From the NCBI GenBank assembly GCA_964016885.1, contig OZ024748.1:50654001-50718000 (forward strand): DNA of 64,000 bases. The letters run 5' to 3'. Both the position numbers and the translations under genes were made by a program. This document shows, in pieces, positions 15,510-31,541 of this stretch. Within the stretch, counting starts at the first letter, position 1. Each line of letters starts with the position of its first letter. The stretch comes from Eledone cirrhosa. Its lineage: Eukaryota. The notes under the pieces were generated by a model. The model was not told the DNA's origin, did no database searches, and saw nothing but the letters and a program-made list of their open reading frames with translations.

Positions 15510-15809
15510 GTTGTGAACGAGAAAATTGTGATGGCAGAGACGAAGACAAGGACGCAAGTACAGACAAACAAAAACGGGGAAAGTCATATAATGATATTAT
15601 ACGTAGGATTTTCAGACACCTTCTTTGTTAACACTATTGCGTCCTTTGTCGGAGCTGCAAACAAACAAGACAAATTCAACTGAAACTGACATATAATTTT
15701 CAATGGTAACTGCGAAGAATCACACACAAATTGATCGTCTACCTTTCTATCTATCTATCTTTCTGATCTGACTATCTCACCATTTGTTTATCTTTTACAC
15801 ACACAGAGA

Positions 15810-15856
<47 letters not shown>

Positions 15857-15916
15857 ACACACACAGACACACACACACACACGCACACTCAGACACACAC
15901 ACACACACACACACAT

Positions 15917-15964
<48 letters not shown>

Positions 15965-16085
15965 GGAGGGGTATATTATGTATGTATCTACGAATGTATG
16001 TATATTTGTGTGAATATACATCCATGCATACATCCATGCATAGATATAGTTCTACACACGCACTCACACAAACACTCACACCAAT

Positions 16086-16219
<134 letters not shown>

Positions 16220-16489
16220 GAATGAATGAGCATTACTTAACATATCGACTGTATTGAATAGTTTTGCATTATGTAGATATTTCTTTGCTATTAGTATTTG
16301 ACATTGTAGTATTTTCATTTTTCATTCTAGTAGATATTTAAATACATACAACCAGATCTATGAGGGAAAGAACGGGTGAATGTTTAAAATGGTCGTACGT
16401 AAAATACATCATTGATTTTTACGACTGTATCAATCGTATGAGATCGATTTAATGAGGCTTTTATCACTGGGAAATCCATCAGCCTGTAC

Positions 16490-16551
<62 letters not shown>

Positions 16552-16573
16552 GAATGTATGTTTATATGCAAGC

Positions 16574-16608
<35 letters not shown>

Positions 16609-16640
16609 AATATAATATATATATATATATATATAATATA

Positions 16641-16715
<75 letters not shown>

Positions 16716-17727
16716 TGTGGTTGTATACTTACATGAATAACTAGCGAATTTAGAGATCACTTAATCTTTTTGACTTCGCACCGCACGGGATATCAAATAT
16801 AAAATTACTGGTGCGCTTTGCATGGAAATTTACAAATAGGCAAATTATTTCTACTGTAGCCTCATGCTGACCTATGACCAGCTAGTTAAATTTGGCAAAC
16901 GAACGTTGCATGGAAGTTCGTCATGCATACATATAAGATATATTTTTTCATATATGTATGTTACATATCTATATGTGCATGAGTATCTATATGTATACAT
17001 ATATATATATATGTACACATATACATAGTCATGCACATATAGATATGTAACATATTCACCTACACACAGAGAAACGCATACAATATACTCATACAAACAC
17101 ACGCAAACACACACTCATAGATATATAAATTATGCATATATATATATATATATTAAACAATATACACTTTATGTATATATTCTCAACTCACACAAACTTT
17201 ATTGTCAATTTTTGTTTAATTCGTACCATATATATACAATCAACGAAGCAACTACACAATAAGAATAGAGAATATCCTATATCATAAATATTTGACTCTA
17301 TTTCTAAAGGTGGATCAATCTTATTCTGAACTCTTATGGAAAATATGTTTCGGTAGGGAGATCTTATAAAACCGGTCCATACCAGTTTTACTCTTATCTT
17401 CATTTCAAAAATTACTCCACATGATATTTTCGAGTAATTTTCTGTACTTGTTTGTAGATTTTAAACACTACTAGATTGAGGATTTGTCAATGAATTGATT
17501 GAATTATCTCTATTTATCGAACTCTTTTGCCTCACTATTTTACACAGGCTAAACGCTATTGCATTAAACACTAATAAGTTATAATTCTCTTCTAATGCGT
17601 AATTAGTTTCTCGTCTTTGGCTTTTATTGTGTTCGTGTTATTTAACTACAAACCAATCCTGATTGGAGGTAACTGTAGTCAACGGTTTTCAGCCTTGTAA
17701 CCATATAATTACTACTAGAAAGTGCTG

Positions 17728-18320
17728 AAGGCGTTTGGTTGGCAGTATCGATAGGGCATTGGATACTATGCTTTGCAGCATAGAGTTACAGCCCTTTTCG
17801 TTCTGAGTTCAAATTCCACCAAGGTTAGCTTTGCTTTTTATCCTTACGATGTCAGTAAAGTAAAAATTCCTTTACGGACTGGGGTCGATTTAATCGACTT
17901 TCCCCCTCCCTGAAATTTATTGGTCTTGATCCTAAATCAGAAACCATTATTAGACAGTGCTGAATGTGGTAGTCTGGCTGAGTCGTTAGATCACATGTCA
18001 CATTACTTTGCGGTATTTATTACGGCACTATACATTGTGAATTCAAATCCCACCATGATCAGCTTTGCTTTTCAACATTACGAGATCGATACCATGTAAT
18101 ACCAGTTATGTACGGCAGTCGATATATTCCCCTTTCTCTTTAACATTTAATAGAATTATTAGTTATAGGCTAAGAGGGGTGTATTGGCAGAATTGTTAGA
18201 GTTTGCAGCATTTAGTTACGACATTTTACTATCTAATGTCAAATCCCGTCAGGGTCAATATTGCTTATCATCCTTCCTGGGTCATTTAAATTGTTTACCT
18301 TGTGCCCAAGTTATCAATCA
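17728..18320 (+). mobile_element. Three old, diverged SINE copies in tandem
   Basis: Degenerate heads (TTGGCAG/CTGGCTG), B boxes (TTCAAAT(T/C)CC) and bodies at ~17728, ~17960 and ~18175. Confidence 0.7.
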
Positions 18321-18449
18321 GTATGAGATATCGCCTACCTAGTGTAGCCAATGTGTACTTCTTATTTGTTTAGGAAAATATATGTGATTTTATTTCTTTA
18401 GATTTTTGTAACAATTTCCTTTCGAATATAAGCAGTTTCGGTTGTTATA

Positions 18450-18482
<33 letters not shown>

Positions 18483-19719
18483 GGTGGTGGTGGTGGTGCT
18501 AGTGCTGGTTGGGTTTGGCACAGGTCTGTCAAGATCCAGAACATCTACAACTAACTAAGCTCCAGGTATGATCATATTTTTCTCCGTCGTACATTATCCA
18601 ATGTTGCCTTTTGTTACTCAAGAAACTCATAGGAATTTAATTGTTAATCTTAGCAGGTCAAGAAGCTACGTATACGTTCTTTCCTTGACTCATACATGTC
18701 TAGTATAATAAGATAAATTCTGGACCTATTGAATTTGATGACATTTAGATCCATACACATAATCAATTTGTGGCGAATATCGCACAATAGAGGTACATTC
18801 TTTGTGAATCCTGTCCCCAACTTGATCTCTATCCATGTTTCTATTATCTTTACACCATAGATGGTTTAAATACGCCGGAAAATATCTGAATTAGATAACG
18901 TAGTATTATATATTCCAACATAGATGGAATTGTATTATCACGACTGGAATTCATTTTATCATAATTTTCCAGGATCAGGGCTGATCAGGGCGCTAAACAA
19001 CAACAACATCAGAAACACCAGCAAAAACTAACAACAACAATAAAAACAGTAACAACATTAATAGTGGCAACATTAGCCATAACAACAAAATCAACAATAA
19101 CAACAACTAACTTTCTCATAATCCTCCCTTTTAACATCATCATTATTACATTACAGCGCTTATTTTTGCCAGTTTTCGTTTTAATTACTCAGATTTTAAT
19201 TATCCCTACCCAAAGTCAAAGTAAATCTATTGATTTTCTCAAGCTCATTAATCTCACTCTAATTACAACGACGACATGACAGAGAATATGAGGTTGCATC
19301 ATCCACAAAATGCCATCCCTTACACTGCAATATATCTTCCCAGTTTCGTATTTCATAAGTTCCGAGTGGTATTGATTTCTGGTTTTTAATCTGATCCATT
19401 TGATTTTCTTCGTCTTCAAAAATACGTTCCCTTCTTTTATTCTATAATTAATATGTTCTCCTCCCTTATTTCATAATTAATTAGATTTTTATATTGATAT
19501 CATAATCAGTCAGGTTTCTGTACGTCTTGTAGAAGGCAAACGCGACTCTTTAAGATTATAAGCGTGTGTGTATTTATTTGTTTAAGAAAGCATGGGGAAT
19601 ATATCGGTGAATATATCGGTGAATTATTTGAAACCTTATAATATATTCACAAAATTATTCTAGAAAATCGTTTTGAATATGAATGCTATTTCTTGTAATG
19701 GTTGCGCAATCTAAGGCAC

Positions 19720-19942
19720 GATCAGAATAAACGTCGGAAAACATTTACTGATAACTACTTCGGCGCAAAAGATGAAATGGTTTAAGAGATTACCTCTACC
19801 AGAAAGCTCAGATACCAGGATACTATAGTAAGAAACAATGGAATTGAAGAGGAAGACCTACAAATCTTAATGGGAAACAGAGACATTTGGCGTGATGTTG
19901 TGCTTGCTTTCTCGCCTAAGGGCGATGGCTAAGATAAGATTA
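19720..19942 (+). mobile_element. RTE-clade LINE 3' fragment (related to 4500-4782)
   Basis: Manual translation gives RKLRYQDTIVRNNGIEEEDLQILMGNRDIWRDVVLAFSPKGDG*, followed by a (TAAGA)n tail. Confidence 0.7.
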
Positions 19943-20387
19943 GGCATACGTCTTATGACGAGAGATAAACGTTTTCAAATCAGTTGGAAATATATCATAT
20001 GTTAAAAATGATCGCGTATCATACTGTACATATATCGTTGGTGTATTCGACTAACATTGATCTGTCATATAACTAACAGTGATCTGGCTGAGAAGCTCAC
20101 ATGTAACTTATGTCTTTGCATGAAGCAAAGGCAGTAGAATGGGGCCATTTGCATTTAGTGTTTAAATGTTTAACCATTCTCTGACTAAGCAAACTTAGAA
20201 CCGTTAAGCAAACTTAAAACCGTTACATTAAAGAACAGCTTTTTTCTAATGTTCAGATGAGATTTCTGAATTGAAGCAACAGATCTGTCTGACGTATTTA
20301 CTCCATGGATATGAAATATCCATTAGGGAAATGGAAGACAAACAAGAAAATCATGGGGTGAAAAAAAGAACAAGACGACAAAATATA

Positions 20388-20535
20388 ATTGTTTCAGATT
20401 TAGGCGTTTAAGTTCAACAATTTTCAGAGAGGGGAAAGTCGATTAAAACGAATCTAGTGCGTTAAACGTACTTTATTTTATCAATCCTGTAAAGTTGAAA
20501 GACAAATCTAACCTCCGCGGCATTTGTAATCAGAC
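20388..20535 (-). mobile_element. Diverged SINE
   Basis: GTACTTTATTTTATCAATCCTGTAAAGTTGAAAGACAAA resembles the reverse-complement body. Confidence 0.65.
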
Positions 20536-21595
20536 GGCAATATATCATAAAACAGAAATATAGGACAAAATTCTTTGAAAGGAAAAGGAGATTTTAAGAG
20601 ACGGAGCCAAGAAAAAAAGGCCAATAATATTTTAGTATTGATATTTCCTTATAGTATTAATATTTCCTCGTTGCACAACTTGCAGGTGTTCAACGGGGAT
20701 GTAGAAAGCTATTAGACTTTTGTCTCATAAACGAAAGAACACGTCCTGCTACATTTGAGGTTGCAAGCAAAATTGAAAGCCACAGCAAACGAAAATAGCA
20801 GGAGTAGTTTATACATGACATGAATGTGGTTGAGATATCACAGGAGTAACATAAGAGAAAGCTGGTGATAAACAGGGTGTGCAGGGTCCATAATTGGACT
20901 GGAATAGTTAAGTTGTAGGAATGGACGAAGGAGAAAGAGAGAAAGAGGGATAGTAAGAGGGAGCGGAGGAGACCCACAAAAGATTATGATGAATATATTG
21001 TAAGAACTTTATCTACGTCTATGTTTATAGATGGGGTCACGTATGTGTACGAAATAAGTGTTACGAAATAGAAACCACTTTCGACAACAGAACTTAAGGT
21101 TCGATTAGACACAGAGTGTAAGAATATTTTTTTTATTATATTAAAATAAAAGTGATCCCTTACAAGTGCCCATATGTTCCACTTTGTAAGAACTGAACAT
21201 TCATTCACCGTGAATCATACTGCCACATCTTTTCACTGTATCCTCTACCACACATACGCACACACACACGCACGCACACACACATACATACATATACATA
21301 CATTACGTATATATACATACATTACGTATATATATATATGCGTATGTGTGAGTGTACGTATGTAGAAACAGGCTTATGTATATATTCGAATGTTCAAATT
21401 CATGTATATATTTCATAAGTACATTGATGAATATAGTTACTTGTACATAATTTATTTCAAGCCCACATACACACACGGACACAGAGGTACACATACATAC
21501 ACACACATACGTACACACATACGCACACATACGCACACATACGTACATATGTGTGTATGGGTGAGTGTCCATACATTTCTACAGCCATGTTAGAG

Positions 21596-21689
<94 letters not shown>

Positions 21690-21695
21690 ATATAC

Positions 21696-21788
<93 letters not shown>

Positions 21789-22085
21789 AATACATGTATA
21801 ATTAGATTAGTAAATAGATTCTCCCATTCATTTATTCATAAATTTCTATACATATATATGTAAATACGTACATATATACATATATAATACTTGCATACTA
21901 CTTAACACATACATACATAAAAACACATACATACATGCATATATATATACGTAAAAACATACATGCATACATACAAACATTTATATATACATACATACAA
22001 ATATTCATATACATATACATACAGACTCATTTACACATATATATATATTAATACATGCACACGTTCATAGAACACATACATACGC

Positions 22086-22168
<83 letters not shown>

Positions 22169-22370
22169 CACAGAAACTTACTACGTACATACAACATATA
22201 TACATACATACAAACACATACATACAAACACATACATACATACGAACATATATACATAGAAACATAGATAAAAACATACGTACGTACAGCATATATACAT
22301 ACACAGAAACATACATACATAGATAAAGATACATAAATACATAAATGTATACATACATACAAACATACAA

Positions 22371-22630
22371 ACATATTATTGGATACCCATCATTATTGGA
22401 GCTAGGGCTTATATACCAACCCGCTTGGACCAAAGTATGACTGAACTTGGATTTGCGGACGAAAAGCGCAGCTCCCTAATTCATAGTCTACAAATGGCTG
22501 CGATAGCTGGCACCTTCAAAATTTGCAAAACATTCTTGCGATTCAAGGGATGACAATTTCTTTTCTTTTACAACCTTGCCACCAGGAAGGTGGCCGGTCA
22601 AAAAGATATACTCGAAATTAAGAGAAATAG
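22371..22630 (+). mobile_element. R4/Dong-clade (REL endonuclease) non-LTR element, 3' end, inside (CATA)n
   Basis: Frame 22371-22553, absent from the ORF track, translates as YWIPIIIGARAYIPTRLDQSMTELGFADEKRSSLIHSLQMAAIAGTFKICKTFLRFKG*. This matches the PIIIGALG...LQK.A..GT..I C-terminus of R4/Dong proteins. Confidence 0.75.
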
Positions 22631-23288
22631 ATAACATACATACATAGAAACACACATAAATACATAGAAATATACATACATACACACCTACATAGAAACA
22701 TACATACATAGAAACATACATACATACACACCTACATAGAAACATACATACATACAAACATACATACATACATACTTACATACATGCATAGACGCACACA
22801 CACATACTTACATACACATATTCATACTTATACACACAGACGCATACATACATATTCACAAACACACATACATAGCTATAAGATACACAATGTACAGATC
22901 ACATAGAATTGATTCACATAGAGAGTAATGTATTCTTTTCTGTTTTCTGTCACCAACTCCATCATCACTAATAAGTTCTAGTTGATTTCTTCACTACTTC
23001 ATTCTCCTAAGTGTAGGTTAGGTCTTACTCAGATAAATTTCCTTTAAGCTAGTGCTTATTTGCTCTACACTAAAAGCGTATTGACATCATCTCCATGTAA
23101 TTGTTAACGATATAAAATTGATTTATACAAGCAAATCTTCTAATATGCTAGTCGTTAATAATTCCATATATTTCGTGTGTTTGCTGTTGGTATATGTTTG
23201 CTGTTTCGTCTATAATAATTTACCAATCTTCCTTTCTCTTCATTGGCACCTAAAGATAGAAACCAGAAAGTCATACTTACAGCAATTG

Positions 23289-23478
23289 TAATTGTATCTA
23301 CATTTTGGCACATGGCCAGCAAATTACACCAGTACATTACTGGTACTTTATTTTATCGACCCCGTAAGTAGGAAAGGCAAAGTTAACCTCGGCGGGATTT
23401 GCACGCAGAATGGCAACGGCCGTAACTCTATGCGTCAAAGCATGGCGTCCGACCCTCTACCGATACTGCCAATCCACC
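23289..23478 (-). mobile_element. SINE flanked by a 70-bp direct duplication
   Basis: Consensus reverse complement. Flanks 23223-23292 and 23478-23547 differ at 7 of 70 positions. Confidence 0.9.
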
Positions 23479-23559
23479 CAATCTTCTTTTCTCTTTATTG
23501 GCGCCTAAAGATAGAAAGCAGAAAGTCTTACTTAGAGTAATTGTAATATTAATGTTGTC

Positions 23560-24749
23560 GATGTTGTTTTTGGTGTTGTTATTGTTGTTGTTGTTGTTGT
23601 TGTTGTTGCTCTGCTGCTGCTGGTGGTGGTGTTGATGGTGGTGTTGGTGGTGGTATTGGTGGTGGTGTTGGTGGTGAGGGAGGGAGTTGGTGGTGGTGTT
23701 GGCGGTGGTGGTGGTGGTGGTGATGATGGTGTTGATGGTGGTGTTGGTGGTGGTGGTGATGGTGATGATGGTGGTGTTGGTGGTGTTGGCGGTGGTGTTG
23801 GCGATGCTGGTGGTGGTGGTGATGGTGTTGATGTTGGTGTTGGCGGTGGTGTTGGCGATGCTGGTGGTGGTGGTGATGGTGTTGATGGTGGTGTTGGTGG
23901 TGGTGGTGATGGTGTTGATGGTGGTGTTGGTGGTGTTGGTGGTGTTGGTGGTGTGGTTGGTGGTGTTGGTTGTGCTGAGGGTGGGGTTGGCGATGTTGGT
24001 GGTGGTGGTGATGACGGTGGTGTTGGTGGTGTTGGTGGTGGGGTTGGTGGTGTTGGTGGTGTTGAGGGTGAGGTTGGCGATGTTGGTGGTGTTGGTGATG
24101 ATGGTGGTGTTGAGGGTGGGGTTGGCGATGTTGGTGTTGGAGGTGATGGTGGTTGTGGTGGTCGTGTTGATGGTGGTGGTGGTGTTGCTGGTGTATGTGA
24201 TGGTGATGGTGTTGGTGGTGTTGGTGGTAGTGTAGGTGATGCTTTTGGTGGTCGTCTCCTTGTTATTAATGTTAATGGTTGTTGTCTTACTCCTTTTGAT
24301 GATGATGGTGGCGGTGCTGTGGTTGTTAATGGTGGTCGTGTTGTTGTTGGTGGTGGTGGTGGTTGTGTTGTTGGTGATGGTGGTGTTGTTGTTTTTGTTG
24401 GTGGTGGTGGTGGTCGTCGTGTTGTTGTTGGTATTGGTGGTGGTTGTGTTGTTGTTGCTGTTGTTGTTGTTGGTGGTGGTGGTCGTGTTTTTATTGTTGT
24501 TGGTTGTGTTGTTGTTGGTGGTGGTCGTCGTGTTGTTGTTGTTGTTGGTGGTGTTGTTGTTGTTGGTGGTGGTGGTGGTCGTGTTGTTGTTGGTGATGGT
24601 GTTGTTTTTGTTGGTGGTGGTCGTGGTCGCGTTGCTGTTGGTGGTGGTGGTCGTGTTTTTATTGTTGTTGGTTGTGTTGTTGTTGGTGGTAGTCGTGTTG
24701 TTATTGTTGGTGATGGTGGTGTTGTTGTTTTTGTTGGTGGTGGTGGTTG

Positions 24750-24780
<31 letters not shown>

Positions 24781-26090
24781 CGTGTTGTTGTTGGTGGTGG
24801 TGTTGTTGTTGTTGTTGGTGGTGGTGGTCGTGTTGTTGTTGTTGGTGGTGGTGGTCGTGTTGTTGTTGGTGATGGTGTTGTTGTTTTTGTTGGTGGTGGT
24901 GGTGGTTGTGTTGTTGTTGGTGTTGTTGTTGGTGGTGGTCGTGTTGTTATTGTTGGTGATGGTGGTGTTATTGTTGTTTTTGTTGGTGGTGGTGGTCGTC
25001 GTGTTGTTGTTGGTGGTGGTGGTGGTTGTGTTGTTGTTGGTGTTGTTGTTGGTGGTGGTCGTGTTGTTATTGTTGGTGATGGTGGTGGTATTGTTGTTGT
25101 TGTTGGTGGTGGTGGTCGTGTTGTTGTTGTTCGTGGTGGTGTTGTTGTTGTTGTTGGTGGTGGTGGTGTTGTTGTTGTTGTTGTTGTTGGTGGTGGTGGT
25201 TGTGTCGTTGTTGTTGGTGGTGGTATTGTTGTTGCTGTTGTTGTTGGTGGTGGTGGTGGTCGTGTTGTTGTTGTTGGTGGTGGTGTTGTTGTTGTTGTTG
25301 TTGGTGGTGGTCATCGTGTTGTTGTTGGTGATGGTGTTGTTGTTTTTGTTGGTGGTGGTGGTGGTCGTGTTGTTGTTTTTGTTGGTGGTGGTCATCGTGT
25401 TGTTGTTGGTGATGGTGTTGTTGTTTTTGTTGGTGGTGGTGGTGGTCGTGTTGTTGTTTTTGTTGGTGGTGGTGGTGGTCGTGTTGTTGTTGTTGTTGGT
25501 GGGGGTGTTGTTGTTGTTGTTGTTGTTGGTGGTGGTGGTCGTCGTGTTGTTGTTGGTGATGGTGTTGTTGTTTTTGTTGGTGGTGGTGGTGGTCGTGTTG
25601 TTGGTGGTGATGGTGTTGTTGTTTTTGTTGGTGGTGGTGGTCGTCGTGTTGTTGTTGGTGGTGGTGGTCGTCGTGTTGTTGTTGGTGGTGGTGGTGGTTG
25701 TGTTGTTGGTGGTGGTGGTCGCGTTGCTGTTGTTGGTGGTAATGCTATTGTTGTTGGTGGTGTTGTTGTTTTTGTTGGTGGTGGTGGTGGTGGTCGTGTT
25801 GTTGTTGGTGGTGGTAATGTTATTGTTGTTGGTGGTGGTGGTCGTGATATTGAAGGTGGTTAGAGTTTTGTTGGCGGTGGTGCTTGTGTTGCTGTTGTTG
25901 GTGGTGGTCGTGTTGTTGTTGGTACTGATATTGTGGTTGATGGAACAATTCGTGTTGTTGTTGACGGTGGTGCTAGTGTTGTTGTTGGTGGTGATGGTGG
26001 TAATGTTGTTGATGGAGCACGTCGTGTTGTTGTTGGTGGAGTTGGTAGTGTTGTTGTTGTTGGTAGTCGTCGTGTTGTTGTTGCTGTAGA
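23560..26090. repeat. 2.5-kb (GGT/GTT)n cryptic triplet repeat with higher-order units
   Basis: Seen directly; for example, 24901-24967 recurs at 25021-25087. Confidence 0.95.
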
Positions 26091-26322
26091 TTATAAGACA
26101 CTTGCCTGGCACAAACATCAATACTGCAATTCACTGACAATGCCTACTTGAGGTACGAAATTATAAAAATCTTTAAAATATCTCGTATGGTCCATCTTCG
26201 TAATATAAGATCTAACACCAAGTTCCAATAAAACCTTCTAGCCTACCCCACTCAGAATCATGTCATTTGCATTAAATATGGCTTGGTGTGTAAATCATAA
26301 GCTGCATTGAAGTTCCATTTAA

Positions 26323-26542
26323 CCCTTTAATGTTCAAACCGGCCAAAACCGGCCTGAATTCTCTACCCTTTTCTGTTGAAACTGGCTGTAACTGGTCGCT
26401 CAAACTGATGTTAAGGTATTGTTCTCAAAATAAATACTTTCAAAATCTCATAGATTCTATATTATGTGAGATAATTATGTGAGATAAAGCTTTTACCATG
26501 AAAATATAATAGCATATATAGAGTAATGTGAATGCAAAAGGG
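26323..26542. mobile_element. piggyBac-like MITE
   Basis: TTAA|CCCTTTAATGTTCAAA ... TGTGAATGCAAAAGGG|TTAA, i.e. a TTAA target-site duplication with imperfect CCC-terminal inverted repeats. Confidence 0.7.
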
Positions 26543-27059
26543 TTAAGGCATAACTATAGGAAATGAAATGAGAAAACTGTTGAACACCCATACGTAGATA
26601 TACGACGGGTGTGTTCATCAGCTAAAATATTGTAGGCAGTATACCACATATATATATTGCAATTCACTGAGCCATTTGTATCTATGTGTCTCTCTGCGTA
26701 AAAATATTTTAACGACCGACTTAAGAATGTTAGGTTTCTTCATATTTTATTACTATCTGCCTGTGCGTTTGTCTTCCTGTTTGTCTGTCTGTCTCTGTCT
26801 CTCTCTGTATCTCTCTCTCTCTCTCTCTATCACTCTCTGTCTCTCTCTTTCTTTCTTTCTCTCTCCCTTCCATACACACACACATACACACATATATATA
26901 TATATATATATATAAGAATGAATGTGAGACGTGGAGAGGGCGAGAAAAAATGGAGACATGCACACATTCAATTTCTTTCTCTCCGCATCATATCTTCTCG
27001 GCATATGTGCCATTAGAATATATACAGATGAATGGCCGCAATATATATATATACGAAAA

Positions 27060-27117
<58 letters not shown>

Positions 27118-27254
27118 CAAAATAAACAAAAAAAGGCCGCTTGTTCTTATTAAAATGCCTCGCACCAGAAATCCTAGAATGCTGGAAAATGCTGAGGCCA
27201 TCCTCAGTCACAAAATTAACCAGTCATGTTTATATTTGTATGGTTGTTTAGCAG

Positions 27255-28470
<1,216 letters not shown>

Positions 28471-29389
28471 AAACGTGTAATTGTCTATATACGTCGTGTG
28501 TCCGTTCATTTCTCTCACAACTATCGTATATAAAATCTATATAAAAGTACGAATCACTATTTCTACGATTTAATACATGGTATATACATCATAAAATATG
28601 TCTCTTCTACTCTAATTCATAACACTATCAGCTTGAATCCTCACACAGACAAGAGGTAAGAAAGATAGAAGACAATACCATCCATGTACTAAACTTTTAC
28701 TATATTCTTAGACCCTAGGATATTAATAGATGACATTTATTGCGGTCGCTTTTAAACTCATAATGTAGAACTCCTGAAAAAAATTCTCATGACGTATTTT
28801 TTGTTCGACATTCTAATAACTATCAATTTATCGTATTTAACCTTCTCATTCTAACCTGTATAAAGCCGACACTTATTTTACAATACAAATCTATTTATTT
28901 TTAAGTGTTTGTACTTATCAAAATCTCTCCATTTAAATTTCATGTAAGAATCTCTACTGAAAACACCTCTTCAACGAGAAAGTTAGTTATTGTATTAAAT
29001 CCCTCTCAGTTCTTAATTATTTTCAAAATTATTCAAAAATCATATGCAGAATTTAATGATCACGAAGGTGTTAAAATGGAAATACTATCACATCCGGGTT
29101 CAAACCAGCACCCTCAAATATGTGCTTTTATGGTAATATTCTTACCGTCCTTTCTCGCTTTCCTCCTTCCTGCAGATCTTACTTGAGCTGTCGATAAAGA
29201 TACACAGATGTCCTAGACATTAAATGGTGATTTTAGAATATAAATTAAGCCAAATTTGCAAAGCTGGTGCAATCTCAAAAACGTACCAAAACGTTCGGAC
29301 ATGGTACGAAGCGTAGAGAAATGTCAAATTAAGGACAAATTAAACCAAATGGGTACGAACGTACCAACTGCAGCAGCGCTGGACATAGA

Positions 29390-29575
29390 ATTATACACTG
29401 GATGGCCAGTGAGACTCGCTACAAGACCCCACCTTCCTCGTGGGTCTCCTTCCTCATTTGGATTGGCTGTCTTCCCGATTATACGGAGGAAAACAACAAT
29501 TTGGCGGCCGAAGAGAGTAGAAGTCTCGATGGCGACCGGCAGAAAAAGGAAGTGGTCGGTCAAGACCCGGTATAT
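29390..29575 (+). mobile_element. Probable frameshifted RTE-like LINE 3' end
   Basis: PRGSP and LAAEESRSLDGDRQK in two frames resemble the RTE C-terminus. Directly followed by an (AGT)n array. Confidence 0.4.
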
Positions 29576-29577
29576 AT

Positions 29578-29579
29578 AT

Positions 29580-29644
<65 letters not shown>

Positions 29645-29671
29645 TTGGTGGTAGTAGAAGTAGAAGTGGTA

Positions 29672-29725
<54 letters not shown>

Positions 29726-29781
29726 TTGGTGGTAGTAGAAGTAGAAGTGGTAGTGGTGGTAGTAGTAGTAGTAGTAGTAGC

Positions 29782-29824
<43 letters not shown>

Positions 29825-29990
29825 TTGGTGGTAGTAGAAGTAGAAGTAGTAGTGGTAGTGGTAGTAGAAGTAGTAGTAGTAGTAGTAGTTGTAGTAGTAG
29901 TAGTAGTAGCAGTAGCATCAGCAGCAGTAGTAGTGGTAGTAGTAGTAGTAGTCATAGTAGTAATGGCAATAGTAGTTATACTAGTAGTAA

Positions 29991-30041
<51 letters not shown>

Positions 30042-30156
30042 CATCAGCAGCAGTAGTAATGGTGATGGTGTTGGGAGTGGCGGTGGAGACGTTAGTAGTT
30101 GCAGCAGTAGCAATAGGATTAATGGTAATAATATTAATAATAATAGTAGCAGTAGC

Positions 30157-30202
<46 letters not shown>

Positions 30203-30237
30203 ATAGTAGTAGTAGTAGTAGTAGTAGTAGTAGAAAC

Positions 30238-30327
<90 letters not shown>

Positions 30328-30337
30328 CAGTAGCAAC

Positions 30338-30430
<93 letters not shown>

Positions 30431-30458
30431 TAGTAGTAGTAGTAGTAGTAGCAGTAGG
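29578..30458. repeat. (AGT)n/(ATT)n compound microsatellite
   Basis: Seen directly. A higher-order variant, GTATTGGTGGTAGTAGAAGTAGAAGT, occurs three times. Confidence 0.95.
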
Positions 30459-30878
30459 TAATTACCGTTGTCGATGTTGATGATAACGATGATGTTGGTG
30501 ATGCTGCGATAATGGGGGTTCTGTTGCTGGGGTTAGTATGGTAGCGTTGAAGCATTAAGAGGCCCGAGGCCGTAGAGATAATATACCCTCCAGCAAAGTT
30601 GATCAACCGCTGGCACGGACCGTTGATGAAGTTTTTACCCGCCGCCCCACCTTCACCTCTCCTCCAGTCATTTCGTCAATTCTTTTTTTTCCTTCTCCTT
30701 CCATTGCACTATAAGTGCGTCAGGCGTATGTATGTATATGTGACAGTGCAGTGAATATATATTTATGTATGCATGACTGCACGTGTACATGTGTATATTA
30801 CACCACGGATAGGTGTACATACATCCATATATAAATATATAAATATATAAATACATCCATATATCCATATAATCCATC

Positions 30879-30931
<53 letters not shown>

Positions 30932-30953
30932 ATATACACAAAGACACACACAG

Positions 30954-31024
<71 letters not shown>

Positions 31025-31026
31025 TT

Positions 31027-31062
<36 letters not shown>

Positions 31063-31138
31063 TATGTATATATGCATGTATATGGGTATATACATATGCG
31101 TCTATATATGTATATATATATATATGTTTGTGTTATCC

Positions 31139-31239
<101 letters not shown>

Positions 31240-31509
31240 ATATACATGTATATATATATATAGATGCAAATATTTATACAGTTATGTATGTGTTTAAGCA
31301 TGTGAGTGTGTGTTTGTGTGTGGTCAAAAGCAATAAGGAAGGACATTACGGAGCACACAAACATAACAACGTTCACTGCTCTACTGGCGAATTTGCACAA
31401 ATGACTAATCTCGTGTAGCTTTTAGCTATAAAATCTCATCATTGCTTTAGCGACAGGCAAAATTGATTAGGCCCTTATGTACATGTACATATACATACAT
31501 CCTTATAAA

Positions 31510-31541
<32 letters not shown>

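Noticed and set aside
27150-27212. Minus-strand CTGAGGA followed by a hairpin (GCCTC...GAGGC)
   Set aside because: No GAAA or stem III after the hairpin; at best a truncated relic.
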